From a virus: 64,000 nucleotides of DNA. The stretch spans positions 32,001 to 96,000 of the IMG/VR virus record IMGVR_UViG_3300032287_003559; one strand, 5' to 3'. Position 1 is the first letter of the stretch, and each line of letters opens with the position of its first letter. A program made the translations under genes and the position numbers. Positions 21,170 through 30,378 of the stretch are shown here, piece after piece. A model generated the notes under the pieces. It was not told where the DNA came from and did no database searches. It worked only from the letters and a program-made list of their open reading frames with translations.

Positions 21170-21198
21170 ATTGTACAGGTATTTGAATACCTTGTCAA
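21170..21198 (-). promoter_or_regulatory. Antisense sigma70-like promoter
   Basis: Minus strand reads TTGACA-AGGTATTCAAATACCTG(17nt)-TACAAT. Confidence 0.6.
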
Positions 21199-21220
21199 CT
21201 ATTTGTATAGATGTTATAAT
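21192..21220 (+). promoter_or_regulatory. Sigma70-like promoter for gp55
   Basis: TTGTCA-17nt-TATAAT. Confidence 0.7.
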
Positions 21221-21245
21221 CCATACATAATAATGATAAAAACTT

Positions 21246-21743
21246 ATGATAACCACAGCAGTCATGACCAAGAGAAAGAGGTCAGAGCATTACGTCAATA
21301 ACAAAGAGTTTCTTGCAGCTCTAATTAAGTACCGCGAAGACAAGGAAATTGCAGAAATCCAAGGGAAACCAAAACCTCCTATTCCTCGCTACATTGGGGA
21401 GTGCTTCCTGAAGATCGCAAATCATCTTTCCTTCAAGCCAAACTTCGTGAACTATATGTTCAAGGAAGATATGATTTCTGATGGTATTGAAAATTGTGTC
21501 CAGTATATTCATAATTTCAATCCCGAGAAGTCACAAAATCCTTTTGCATACTTTACTCAGATTATTCACTATGCTTTTCTTCGTCGTATTCAAAGAGAAA
21601 AGCGTCAATTAGAAATCAAAAATAAAATTCTTGAGCGTTCTGGATACTCTGAAGTGTTTGGAGACGACAACACGGTTGACGGAAGCAATTATTCCGATTA
21701 CAATAGCATCAAGGACAACGTTCATTCAAAACTTCGTTACTGA
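21246..21743 (+). CDS. gp55: Late-transcription sigma factor gp55
   Basis: HYVNNKEF, MISDGIENC, NPFAYFTQI..AFLRRI. Confidence 0.96.
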   Translation: MITTAVMTKRKRSEHYVNNKEFLAALIKYREDKEIAEIQGKPKPPIPRYIGECFLKIANHLSFKPNFVNYMFKEDMISDGIENCVQYIHNFNPEKSQNPFAYFTQIIHYAFLRRIQREKRQLEIKNKILERSGYSEVFGDDNTVDGSNYSDYNSIKDNVHSKLRY

Positions 21744-22777
21744 TGCGTATCGCTATCATCACAGACACTCACTATGGTGCTAGAAAAGGTTCAAAACTTT
21801 TTCATGATTATTTTGAACTTTTCTACAAGAATGTGTTTTTCCCGACGCTGGAACAGTACGGGATTGATACAGTCATTCATATGGGCGATGCTTTTGATAG
21901 TCGTAAGTCAATTGATTATCAAAGTTTAGAGTGGGCTAAAAGAGTTGTATTTGAACCTCTTAAAAATTATCAGGTTCATATGATTGTTGGTAATCACGAC
22001 AGTTATTATAAGAACACAAATAATACAAATTCTCCACAACTTCTTCTGAAAGATTATCCAAATATTCAAACTTATTCCGATCCGAGTGAGATCAGAGTTG
22101 GAAATCTTGATATTCTTCTTCTACCCTGGATTTGTTCGGAAAATGAAGAAAAGACTCTTAAGATGATTAAAAAGACCAAGGCAAAAGTTGCTATGGGACA
22201 TCTAGAACTTCAAGGATTCCGTGTAAATAGTCAGATTATTATGGAACATGGACTTGAAGCAAATATTTTTAAAGACTTCTCTAGGGTATTTTCTGGTCAT
22301 TACCACACTCGTTCTAATAATGGAAATGTATTCTATCTTGGAAATCCTTACCAGATGTTTTGGACTGACGTAAATGATACTCGGGGATTTACAATTTTCG
22401 ATACAGAAACATTAGAACATATTGCTATAGATAATCCTTATAGAATGTTTTATAATATTTACTATGAGGATACTAACTATCAAACATTTGATACTCGTGA
22501 GTATGAAAATAAAATAGTGAAAGTAGTTGTTCGTAAAAAGTCAGATACTAAAAAATTTGAAAAGTTTATTGATAAACTCTATTCTTCCAATATCGCAGAA
22601 CTTAAGATTATTGAAAACTTCGATATTCAAGAACCAGAAGATTTTGAAGCATTTGAAAGTGAAGATACTATTTCGATCTTGAATAGATATATTCAGGAGG
22701 CAGAAATTAATCTTGATAAATCTACCATTCAGAAAATGATGCAAGAAATTTATCAGGAGGCTTGTGAATTGGTTTAA
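21743..22777 (+). CDS. gp47: Recombination endonuclease subunit gp47 (Mre11/SbcD-like)
   Basis: DTH, GD.FD, GNHD, SGHYH metallophosphoesterase motifs. Confidence 0.95.
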   Translation: MRIAIITDTHYGARKGSKLFHDYFELFYKNVFFPTLEQYGIDTVIHMGDAFDSRKSIDYQSLEWAKRVVFEPLKNYQVHMIVGNHDSYYKNTNNTNSPQLLLKDYPNIQTYSDPSEIRVGNLDILLLPWICSENEEKTLKMIKKTKAKVAMGHLELQGFRVNSQIIMEHGLEANIFKDFSRVFSGHYHTRSNNGNVFYLGNPYQMFWTDVNDTRGFTIFDTETLEHIAIDNPYRMFYNIYYEDTNYQTFDTREYENKIVKVVVRKKSDTKKFEKFIDKLYSSNIAELKIIENFDIQEPEDFEAFESEDTISILNRYIQEAEINLDKSTIQKMMQEIYQEACELV

Positions 22778-23052
22778 TGTTTATTTTAACAATTAATGGT
22801 AGAGAAACAGAAGGTGCATATTCAGTAATTGATGATGAGGGAGAGCATATCTTATATCTCTTTGAAGAAGAGGACGATGCTGTAAGATATGCTATGATGT
22901 TAGAAGAAGATGGATACCCTGAAATGCATGTAATTGAAATTGAAGATGATGTGATGATAAAAACATGTGAACTTCATGGATATCAATACACTCTTATTAC
23001 TCCAAATGATATTGTAATTCCACCAAATAACTCTAGTTATGATTTTATTTAA
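22777..23052 (+). CDS. Conserved hypothetical protein
   Basis: 91-aa ORF coupled between gp47 and gp46 (LFEEEDDAVRY...DIVIPP). Confidence 0.75.
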   Translation: MFILTINGRETEGAYSVIDDEGEHILYLFEEEDDAVRYAMMLEEDGYPEMHVIEIEDDVMIKTCELHGYQYTLITPNDIVIPPNNSSYDFI

Positions 23053-24751
23053 GACTATTCGTTGGAAAAATTTTCTTTCTACCGGCAATCAATATACTGA
23101 AGTTGACTTTACAAAAAATAAAACTAATTTGATCGTTGGTACGAATGGTGCAGGTAAGAGTACTGTTCTTGATGCTCTGACCTTTTCTTTGTTTGGAAAA
23201 CCATTTCGTAAAATTAATAAACCTCAACTTATCAATTCCGTAAATGAAAAGGATTGTAAAGTTGAGGTTGAGTTTTCTGTTGGAAAAACAGAATGGAAGA
23301 TCGTGCGCGGAATTAAACCTGCCTTGTTTGAAGTATGGAGAAATAATTCTATTCTGGACCAATCTGCTGCTGCATTGGACCAACAGAAATGGTTGGAACA
23401 AAACGTTCTGAAAATGAACTATAAGTCTTTTACTCAGATTGTTATTTTGGGTTCTAGTACTTTCGTTCCTTTCATGCAACTTTCTGCTGCTAATCGTCGC
23501 GAAGTGATTGAGGACTTGCTTGACATTAAAATTTTCTCTTCTATGAATGTGGTTATCAAAGAGAAAATTCGTCAGGCAAAGGAAGAGATTAAAGTTCTGG
23601 ATCTTAAGAAACAATCTCTTGCAGAAAAACTTAAGATGCAAGAAGAGTTTATTGAAGAGTTAGAGAACAGAGGAAAAGAAAGTATTGATAACAATAATCG
23701 GAAAATTTCCGATTTGGATAAAGAAATTCAACAACATATGGATGAAAATACTTCTCTGGAAGAACCTCTTTATGAGTATATCCGAGAGCAAGATAAGTTA
23801 GTTGGATATGCAGATAAGCTTCGTAAGTTGGGAAATCTGAAAGGTAAAATATCTCAAAAAGTATCGACTATTACTAAAGAGCATAAATTCTTCACAGAAA
23901 ATACGGTTTGTCCTACCTGCACTCAAGAGATTGATGAGACCTTTAGAATAAATAGAATTACCGACGCTCAAAATAAAGCAAAGGAGTTGCAATCTGGTTA
24001 TAAAGAACTAGAGGAGGCAATTAAAGAGGAAGAAGAGCGAGAGCGTCAATTCACCGCTCTATCGAAGGAGATTTCTAAATTAACGAATGGCATTTCTCAA
24101 AACAATATTAAGATTAACGGACTACGGAGACAAATCCGAAATCTTGAAAATGAAATTCAAACTCTTACCGAGAACCTTGCAAACCGAAATTCTGAACATG
24201 AGAAGTTAGAATCCTTCAAAGACAATCTAAAAACTACATACGACGAACTCGCTTCTAAAAAAGACCTAATCAACTACTACGATTTTTCGTATAGTTTGCT
24301 CAAAGACGGTGGAGTAAAATCCAAAATCATTAAGAAGTATCTACCGCTGATAAATCAGCAAGTAAATCGTTATCTTCAGATGATGGATTTCTATATTAAC
24401 TTCACACTTGATGAGGAATTTAACGAAACCGTCCAGTCTCCTATTCACGAAGATTTCTCCTATGCTTCCTTTAGTGAAGGAGAAAAAATGAGGATTGACC
24501 TTGCACTACTCTTTACTTGGAGAGAGGTTGCAAGATTTAAGAACTCCGTAAATACAAATCTTCTGATTATGGATGAGGTATTTGATTCATCTCTGGATGG
24601 ATTTGGAACAGAAGAGTTTCTTAAGATTATTCGTTATGTAATTAAAGACGCAAACATTTTTGTTATCTCTCACAAAACTGGTCTTGAGGACAAATTTGAA
24701 AGTGTCACAAAGTTTGAGAAAGTCAAAGGTTTTTCTCGTATGGTGGTCTGA
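23039..24751 (+). CDS. gp46: Recombination ATPase subunit gp46 (Rad50/SbcC-like)
   Basis: GTNGAGKST, CPTC hook, FSEGEK signature, LIMDEVFDSSLD. Confidence 0.96.
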   Translation: MILFKTIRWKNFLSTGNQYTEVDFTKNKTNLIVGTNGAGKSTVLDALTFSLFGKPFRKINKPQLINSVNEKDCKVEVEFSVGKTEWKIVRGIKPALFEVWRNNSILDQSAAALDQQKWLEQNVLKMNYKSFTQIVILGSSTFVPFMQLSAANRREVIEDLLDIKIFSSMNVVIKEKIRQAKEEIKVLDLKKQSLAEKLKMQEEFIEELENRGKESIDNNNRKISDLDKEIQQHMDENTSLEEPLYEYIREQDKLVGYADKLRKLGNLKGKISQKVSTITKEHKFFTENTVCPTCTQEIDETFRINRITDAQNKAKELQSGYKELEEAIKEEEERERQFTALSKEISKLTNGISQNNIKINGLRRQIRNLENEIQTLTENLANRNSEHEKLESFKDNLKTTYDELASKKDLINYYDFSYSLLKDGGVKSKIIKKYLPLINQQVNRYLQMMDFYINFTLDEEFNETVQSPIHEDFSYASFSEGEKMRIDLALLFTWREVARFKNSVNTNLLIMDEVFDSSLDGFGTEEFLKIIRYVIKDANIFVISHKTGLEDKFESVTKFEKVKGFSRMVV

Positions 24752-24765
24752 ACCACTCAAGAACA

Positions 24766-24987
24766 ATGCAAGTCCCAAACTGGAAGCACCATTCCAAGAA
24801 AGAACAGAAACGAAAACTTAAACCGCAAGCACTGAGGCAAGCAAAAGCACGACTAGCCCAGTTCAAAAAGCGTCACATGGGTCGCCCACAAGGCGACCTT
24901 TCGTTTTATGATGGTCTCATACGAAACAAATCCAATGGCTGTCAATCACGAAATCAAGTCTCAACTCGCCAAGTTGCTTGCGACTGA
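24766..24987 (+). CDS. Small basic hypothetical protein
   Basis: PNWKHHSKKEQKRKLKPQALRQAK; the 3' part overlaps a hairpin and the next gene, so the functional end is uncertain. Confidence 0.55.
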   Translation: MQVPNWKHHSKKEQKRKLKPQALRQAKARLAQFKKRHMGRPQGDLSFYDGLIRNKSNGCQSRNQVSTRQVACD

Positions 24988-27124
24988 AGACCTTGTAGTA
25001 GAGCACAAGAAGGTTGAGACTGCCTGCTTTAACGTTCATACGAGGGTTTTGACTCTTCCGATGTGGGAGCGTGCTTCTGGGACCGTCTACGACCTTCTGG
25101 TGGGGCATGAGGTTGGACATGCACTCTTTACCCCCGATGAGGATTGGACTGAAACTGTAAAGGTTCCTCCGCAGTTTGTGAATGTGGTTGAGGATGCTCG
25201 CATTGAGAAACTGATGAAGCGTAAGTATGCTGGACTTGCTAAAACTTTCTTCTCTGGTTATAAAGAACTGAACGAAGAAGATTTCTTTCAACTTGAAGAT
25301 GAAGATGTTTCCAAGTTTAATCTTGCTGACAGGGCAAACCTTTATTTTAAGGTAGGTAATTTTCTTTCTCTTGAGTTTACTGCTAAAGAGAAGGAGATTA
25401 TTGACCTGATTGCAGTTTCTGAAAGTTTTGCAGACGTTCTGATTGCTGCAGAAGAACTTTACAAGTATTGTAAGAAAGAAAAGGAACAAGAAAAGGTTGA
25501 TGAGATTGAAACTCAACAACCTCAAGGTTCTGCAACTTCTCCTACTGAGAATCAATCGGATGAAGGTGAAGGTGATAGTGAAGAAGAAGGTAAAGCAAAT
25601 AAACCCGATACAAATGGTGAGTTGGATGAAAACAAATCTTCCGATAGTAGTCAGCAATCTACTTCTTCTAATGTGAGTGTAGATGAAGAACCTGAAATCA
25701 AGACTGTAGATAATCTTGAGGATAAAATCCGTGAGCTTGTAAGTAAAGATGGATATGAGAATGTCTATGTTGAAGTTCCGAAAGTAAATCTGGAAACGAT
25801 TATCGGCAAGAACTCTGAGATTCATAAAGAGATTACTGGTGCTTTTAATCAGCAACAGAACTCTTACAATGAGTGTAACAACACCACTTCAGTTGATTTG
25901 TTTAAAGAAGCAGATACTTCTTTCCGTCAGTTTAAAGTTTCCGCTCAAAAGGAAGTGAACTATCTGGTGAAAGAGTTTGAGTGCCGTAAGTCTGCGGATT
26001 CTTATGCTCGTGCATCTACTGCTCGCACTGGAGTTCTTGATACTGCTCGTCTTCATTCTTACAAGTTCAGTGAGGATTTGTTTAAGAAAGTGACTGTGCT
26101 TCCTGATGGTAAAAATCATGGACTGATTTTCATTCTGGATTGGTCGGGTTCTATGGCTAATGTTCTTCTGGATACTTGCAAGCAACTCTTTAATCTGATT
26201 TGGTTCTGTAAGAAAGTTTCTATTCCTTTTGAGGTTTATGCTTTCACAAATGAATGGCGACGTAACGCATATGATTATGAAACTGGGAAACATGTTGCAG
26301 CAGACCGTACCTCTCACTATGAAAAGAAAGAAGGTGTGTTTTGTATTGATGAAGACTTTGCCTTGATGAATATTCTCACCAGCAAGGTTTCTGGTAACGA
26401 ACTGGAAAAGCAACTGATGAATATTTGGCGTCTTGCTGTGTATTTTGGAGATACTTATCACACTCCTTATACTTGTCCTTCTCGTCTATATTTGTCTGGA
26501 ACTCCTCTAAATGAAAGTTTGGTTGCTCTGCATCAAATTCTTCCCAAGTTTCAAAGTGAGAATAAACTGCAGAAGGTTCAGTGCGTGATTCTGACTGATG
26601 GTGAAGCAAACGTTCTTCCTTATCATAAAGAAGTGAAGCGTGCTTGGGAAAAACAACCTTATCTTGGAGTTCATGGTATTGGTTCCAATTCTTTTCTGCG
26701 AGATAGGAAACTTGGAACTACCTATAAACTGGATGGTGTTTATCAGGGATATCATAAGTTCACTGATGTGATGCTTCTCAATCTTCGTGATAAGTTTCCT
26801 TTTACAAACTTCATTGGTATTCGGGTTCTTTCCAGCCGTGACGCATATCGCTTCATTAGTCTCTATCATTCTGCTTCTGATGAAGACTATAAGCAGTACA
26901 TTAAAATTCAGGATGATTGGAAGAAACTGAAGAGTTTCACGATTACCAAATCTGGATATCACGCTTACTTTGGTCTTTCTTCCTCTGCTCTGTCTCAAGA
27001 TGCTGAGTTTGATGTTTCAGAATCTGCAACAAAAGCACAAATCAAATCTGCTTTTGTGAAGTCTCTGAAGACTAAGAAACTTAACAAAAAGGTTCTTGGT
27101 GAGTTCATTTCTCTTGTTGCATAA
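24935..27124 (+). CDS. Metallopeptidase-like plus VWA domain protein (CobT-like partner of CobS)
   Basis: HEVGH (HExxH), NVVEDARIE, acidic linker, MIDAS DWSGS, GTPL, LTDGE. Confidence 0.85.
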   Translation: MAVNHEIKSQLAKLLATEDLVVEHKKVETACFNVHTRVLTLPMWERASGTVYDLLVGHEVGHALFTPDEDWTETVKVPPQFVNVVEDARIEKLMKRKYAGLAKTFFSGYKELNEEDFFQLEDEDVSKFNLADRANLYFKVGNFLSLEFTAKEKEIIDLIAVSESFADVLIAAEELYKYCKKEKEQEKVDEIETQQPQGSATSPTENQSDEGEGDSEEEGKANKPDTNGELDENKSSDSSQQSTSSNVSVDEEPEIKTVDNLEDKIRELVSKDGYENVYVEVPKVNLETIIGKNSEIHKEITGAFNQQQNSYNECNNTTSVDLFKEADTSFRQFKVSAQKEVNYLVKEFECRKSADSYARASTARTGVLDTARLHSYKFSEDLFKKVTVLPDGKNHGLIFILDWSGSMANVLLDTCKQLFNLIWFCKKVSIPFEVYAFTNEWRRNAYDYETGKHVAADRTSHYEKKEGVFCIDEDFALMNILTSKVSGNELEKQLMNIWRLAVYFGDTYHTPYTCPSRLYLSGTPLNESLVALHQILPKFQSENKLQKVQCVILTDGEANVLPYHKEVKRAWEKQPYLGVHGIGSNSFLRDRKLGTTYKLDGVYQGYHKFTDVMLLNLRDKFPFTNFIGIRVLSSRDAYRFISLYHSASDEDYKQYIKIQDDWKKLKSFTITKSGYHAYFGLSSSALSQDAEFDVSESATKAQIKSAFVKSLKTKKLNKKVLGEFISLVA

Positions 27125-27151
27125 ATACCTAAAAAGTATTTCTGCGTAAAA

Positions 27152-28000
27152 ATGAGAACCTATCAAGAATTTGTTTCTGAAATGACCTATGGTAGAGGTC
27201 GTGGACCAATCGGTAGAGCAGATAGGAACAGTGGTAGAAATCGTTATCTGGGGTCTCCTACACCAGAACAGGAAAGAGAAAACAAATCTGCAGCAGATAA
27301 AGCTGCTGCAGATGCTGTTGCAAAATTAAGAAGAGCAAGAGCAAGAGAAATGAAGGAAGAGGTAGAACTTGATGAAGGTATGACGATGAAGGACTTTAAG
27401 GCAAATCGTCAGAAGAATAAAAGAAGAGCTGCTTCTGCCGATGCTGTGAAGAGAGGTCATGTAGGTAAGGAATGGTATAACAGCGGTAGAAAGTATTCTC
27501 CAGATGAAGCAAAGAGAATGCGTTCAAAACTGGATGATGAAGAAAGACGTACAAGACATCGTAGTGCTGTAGAACCTGATAATGAGAGTGATGATAACTT
27601 CTCTGCAGACAAGACGAAGAATCCAAAGAAACTCCGTAAGCAAAAAGCGATGGGAGAACTTGGTGAAGCATTAGATAAAAAATTCGATTCTATGAGAAGT
27701 CGTGGTGGAAGAAGTGCTCCTCCAGAAGAGCGTTCTGTTGGTGGCGAAATGAATAGAAAAAGTAAGGATTATTGGGCGGATACTTTAGGTAAGAATAGAG
27801 ATAGAGGAAAGGGTAGTAAAGCAAAAAGAAGAGCTGCGGCACTTGGGGAGGATAACGTTCAGGAGTTATTCATTACAAGAAAATCTCCAGAACAAAAAGC
27901 AGATGAGGCAAGAAAGAAAAAAGTAGCAACACTCATTCGTTTAATGCAACACGCAAAAGACCCTGCTGCTGATGTTGCTAAGTCCAAAAAGGAAGGTTGA
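27152..28000 (+). CDS. Basic modular protein with capsid-targeting-like N-terminus (putative internal head protein)
   Basis: Starts MRTYQEFVSE (T4 internal-protein CTS is MKTYQEFIAE); ATAAATA late promoter at 27121. Confidence 0.75.
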   Translation: MRTYQEFVSEMTYGRGRGPIGRADRNSGRNRYLGSPTPEQERENKSAADKAAADAVAKLRRARAREMKEEVELDEGMTMKDFKANRQKNKRRAASADAVKRGHVGKEWYNSGRKYSPDEAKRMRSKLDDEERRTRHRSAVEPDNESDDNFSADKTKNPKKLRKQKAMGELGEALDKKFDSMRSRGGRSAPPEERSVGGEMNRKSKDYWADTLGKNRDRGKGSKAKRRAAALGEDNVQELFITRKSPEQKADEARKKKVATLIRLMQHAKDPAADVAKSKKEG

Positions 28001-28026
28001 TGGACCAGTTGCTGAACTGACTACTC

Positions 28027-28049
28027 GGGGTCTCTAGGACCCCTTTTTT
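28027..28049 (+). terminator. Intrinsic terminator
   Basis: GGGGTC...GACCCC hairpin plus T6. Confidence 0.75.
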
Positions 28050-28087
28050 GTCCTATAATAACTTCAGTGAAACAAACCACTCACATC

Positions 28088-29215
28088 ATGACTCGCACTA
28101 AAATGACTGACGACCAAATCCTTGAGGACCTCAAAAATACTTTTGGAAAAGAATTCACTGCTGCCGATGTTCGCGGATACTGTGCTGCTAAAAGCATCTC
28201 CTATCAAACTGTTACTAAGCGACTGGAGCAGTTTAAAGTTGGTCGTGGTAAGTGGAATCTGGAAGTGACTCAAAAGAAAGTGGAAGAAATCGAACGTTCC
28301 TTTAATTCCGTTGCTGTTCTTCCTGAAGTACATCAAAACCTCATTCCTGATAAAGATGATACCTTCGTCAAGTTTGGTAACTTTAACGATATTAAAAAGA
28401 TTATTCAGTCCCGTCTCTTTTATCCTACGTTCATTACGGGTCTTTCGGGTAACGGTAAAACGTTCAGTGTGGAGCAAGCGTGTGCTCAGCTTAAGCGTGA
28501 ACTCATTCGTGTAAATATTACGATTGAGACTGATGAGGATGATTTGATTGGTGGTTTTCGTCTTGTGAACGGTGAGACTGCCTGGCACAATGGTCCTGTG
28601 ATTGAGGCACTTGAGCGTGGTGCGATTCTGCTTCTGGACGAGATTGACCTTGCTTCCAATAAGATTCTTTGCCTCCAGTCTGTTCTTGAGGGTAAAGGTG
28701 TCTTCCTCAAGAAGATTGGTCGTTTTGTAAAACCTGCCGCTGGATTCAACGTGATTGCTACTGCAAACACGAAGGGTAAGGGTTCTGATGACGGACGCTT
28801 TATTGGTACTAACGTTCTCAATGAGGCATTCTTGGAACGCTTCCCTGTGACCTTCGAACAGTCTTATCCTGCTCCTGCAGTAGAGCAGAAGATTCTGGAA
28901 TGTATTGCTCTGGACCTAGGTGTGGAAGACCGCGACTTCTGTAAGCGTCTGGTTGACTGGGGTGATATCATCCGTAAGACCTTCTACGATGGTGGTATTG
29001 AGGAAATCATCAGCACCCGCCGACTGGTTCATATCATCCGTGCTTACAGCATCTTTGGTGATAAAGCTAAAGCGATTCAAGTTTGTGTGAATCGTTTTGA
29101 TGATGAAACTAAGCAAGCATTCTTGGAACTGTATGATAAAGTTGATGTTGACTTTGTGATGCCTAGTAATGAGATGCAGGTTGAGGGTCTTCTTGACGAA
29201 CAACCTCAATCTTGA
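28088..29215 (+). CDS. cobS: CobS/MoxR-like AAA+ ATPase
   Basis: GLSGNGKT, LLLDEID, TANTKGKG, NEAFLERF, STRRL motifs. Confidence 0.9.
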   Translation: MTRTKMTDDQILEDLKNTFGKEFTAADVRGYCAAKSISYQTVTKRLEQFKVGRGKWNLEVTQKKVEEIERSFNSVAVLPEVHQNLIPDKDDTFVKFGNFNDIKKIIQSRLFYPTFITGLSGNGKTFSVEQACAQLKRELIRVNITIETDEDDLIGGFRLVNGETAWHNGPVIEALERGAILLLDEIDLASNKILCLQSVLEGKGVFLKKIGRFVKPAAGFNVIATANTKGKGSDDGRFIGTNVLNEAFLERFPVTFEQSYPAPAVEQKILECIALDLGVEDRDFCKRLVDWGDIIRKTFYDGGIEEIISTRRLVHIIRAYSIFGDKAKAIQVCVNRFDDETKQAFLELYDKVDVDFVMPSNEMQVEGLLDEQPQS

Positions 29216-29221
29216 TAGAAT
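29193..29221 (+). promoter_or_regulatory. Sigma70-like promoter
   Basis: TTGACG-17nt-TAGAAT. Confidence 0.55.
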
Positions 29222-29260
29222 ATAAGGAGGTAAATGTGCCTCCTCTTTTGTCCTTTTACT

Positions 29261-29707
29261 ATGAAAATTATGCCCGAAAACTTTGAGAGCACTTATAAAG
29301 ATTCTATTGCTAACTATTGGTGTGATGATGGAATTAGTTTCACTGGAAATCCTAACTACGCTCCCGATACTATTACCTTTAATTTGAATATGCCCGAAGA
29401 TACAAACAAAAACGGTTTCTGGAAATATGAGGAAGATAAAACTCTGAAGCAAGTCGAAGAGTATCTTGTTAGTACATACAAATCCCACTATACTTCCGAA
29501 CAGTCTAAAACTCAAACTCTTGATTTGATTGAAAGTATTGGTGACGCTGAACCATTTACTCGCTCAAATGCTATCAAATATCTTTCTCGTTTTGGGAAAA
29601 AGAATGGTAAATCCAAACAAGATATTCTAAAAGCAATTCATTATTGCATTCTTCTTTATCATTTTGCTGGTCTTCACAAGAACAAATCTGACCAATATAA
29701 CTACTGA
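29261..29707 (+). CDS. DUF3310-like conserved phage protein
   Basis: SHY...NAIKYLSRFGKK.G....DILKAIHY; start uncertain (29234, 29261 or 29270). Confidence 0.75.
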   Translation: MKIMPENFESTYKDSIANYWCDDGISFTGNPNYAPDTITFNLNMPEDTNKNGFWKYEEDKTLKQVEEYLVSTYKSHYTSEQSKTQTLDLIESIGDAEPFTRSNAIKYLSRFGKKNGKSKQDILKAIHYCILLYHFAGLHKNKSDQYNY

Positions 29708-29712
29708 TTATT

Positions 29713-30378
29713 ATGAAACTCTCTGATAAAACCCTTACGCTTCTTAAGAATTTTTCTTCTATCAACCAGTCTATTCTTTTTAAAGAAGGAAACTCTCTTC
29801 GTACTATTTCTGTAATGAAGAATATTCTCGCTGAAGCAACAATTGAAGAAGAACTTCCTAAAGACTTTGGTATCTATGATCTTAATCAGTTTCTGAATGG
29901 TCTAAATCTTCATCAGAATGCTGAACTTGATTTTGAGAACGATAATTATGTTGTTATCCGCGAAGGAAAGTCTCGCTCAAAGTATTTCTTTGCAGATCCT
30001 AATGTAATTGTTACTCCTCCGGATAAAAATATTTCTCTTCCATCCGAAGATGTTTGTTTCATTCTTGATACCAAAGAACTTGATAAACTACTCAAGGCTG
30101 CTGGTGTATATCAACTTCCAGATCTTTCTGTGGTTGGTGAAGCAGGTGTAGTGAAACTAGTTGTTCGTGATAAGAAAAACGATACATCTAATGATTTTTC
30201 TATTGTTGTTGGGGAGACTGATGAAGTCTTTACTTTCAACTTCAAAGTGGAAAATATCAAAATTCTTCCTGGTTCCTATGAAGTTGTGATTTCATCTAAA
30301 CTTTTGTCGCGATTTAAGAATACTGGATATGATGTGCAGTATTATATTGCTCTAGAGCCTGATTCAACATTCGGATGA
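29713..30378 (+). CDS. gp45: Sliding clamp gp45
   Basis: MKLS..TL..LKNFSSINQSI, FGIYDLNQFL, YYIALE.DS. Confidence 0.95.
   Translation: MKLSDKTLTLLKNFSSINQSILFKEGNSLRTISVMKNILAEATIEEELPKDFGIYDLNQFLNGLNLHQNAELDFENDNYVVIREGKSRSKYFFADPNVIVTPPDKNISLPSEDVCFILDTKELDKLLKAAGVYQLPDLSVVGEAGVVKLVVRDKKNDTSNDFSIVVGETDEVFTFNFKVENIKILPGSYEVVISSKLLSRFKNTGYDVQYYIALEPDSTFG

Noticed and set aside
24917-25855. 312-aa minus-strand ORF and the other long antisense ORFs
   Set aside because: Shadow frames of well-supported + strand genes, with no motifs or expression signals.
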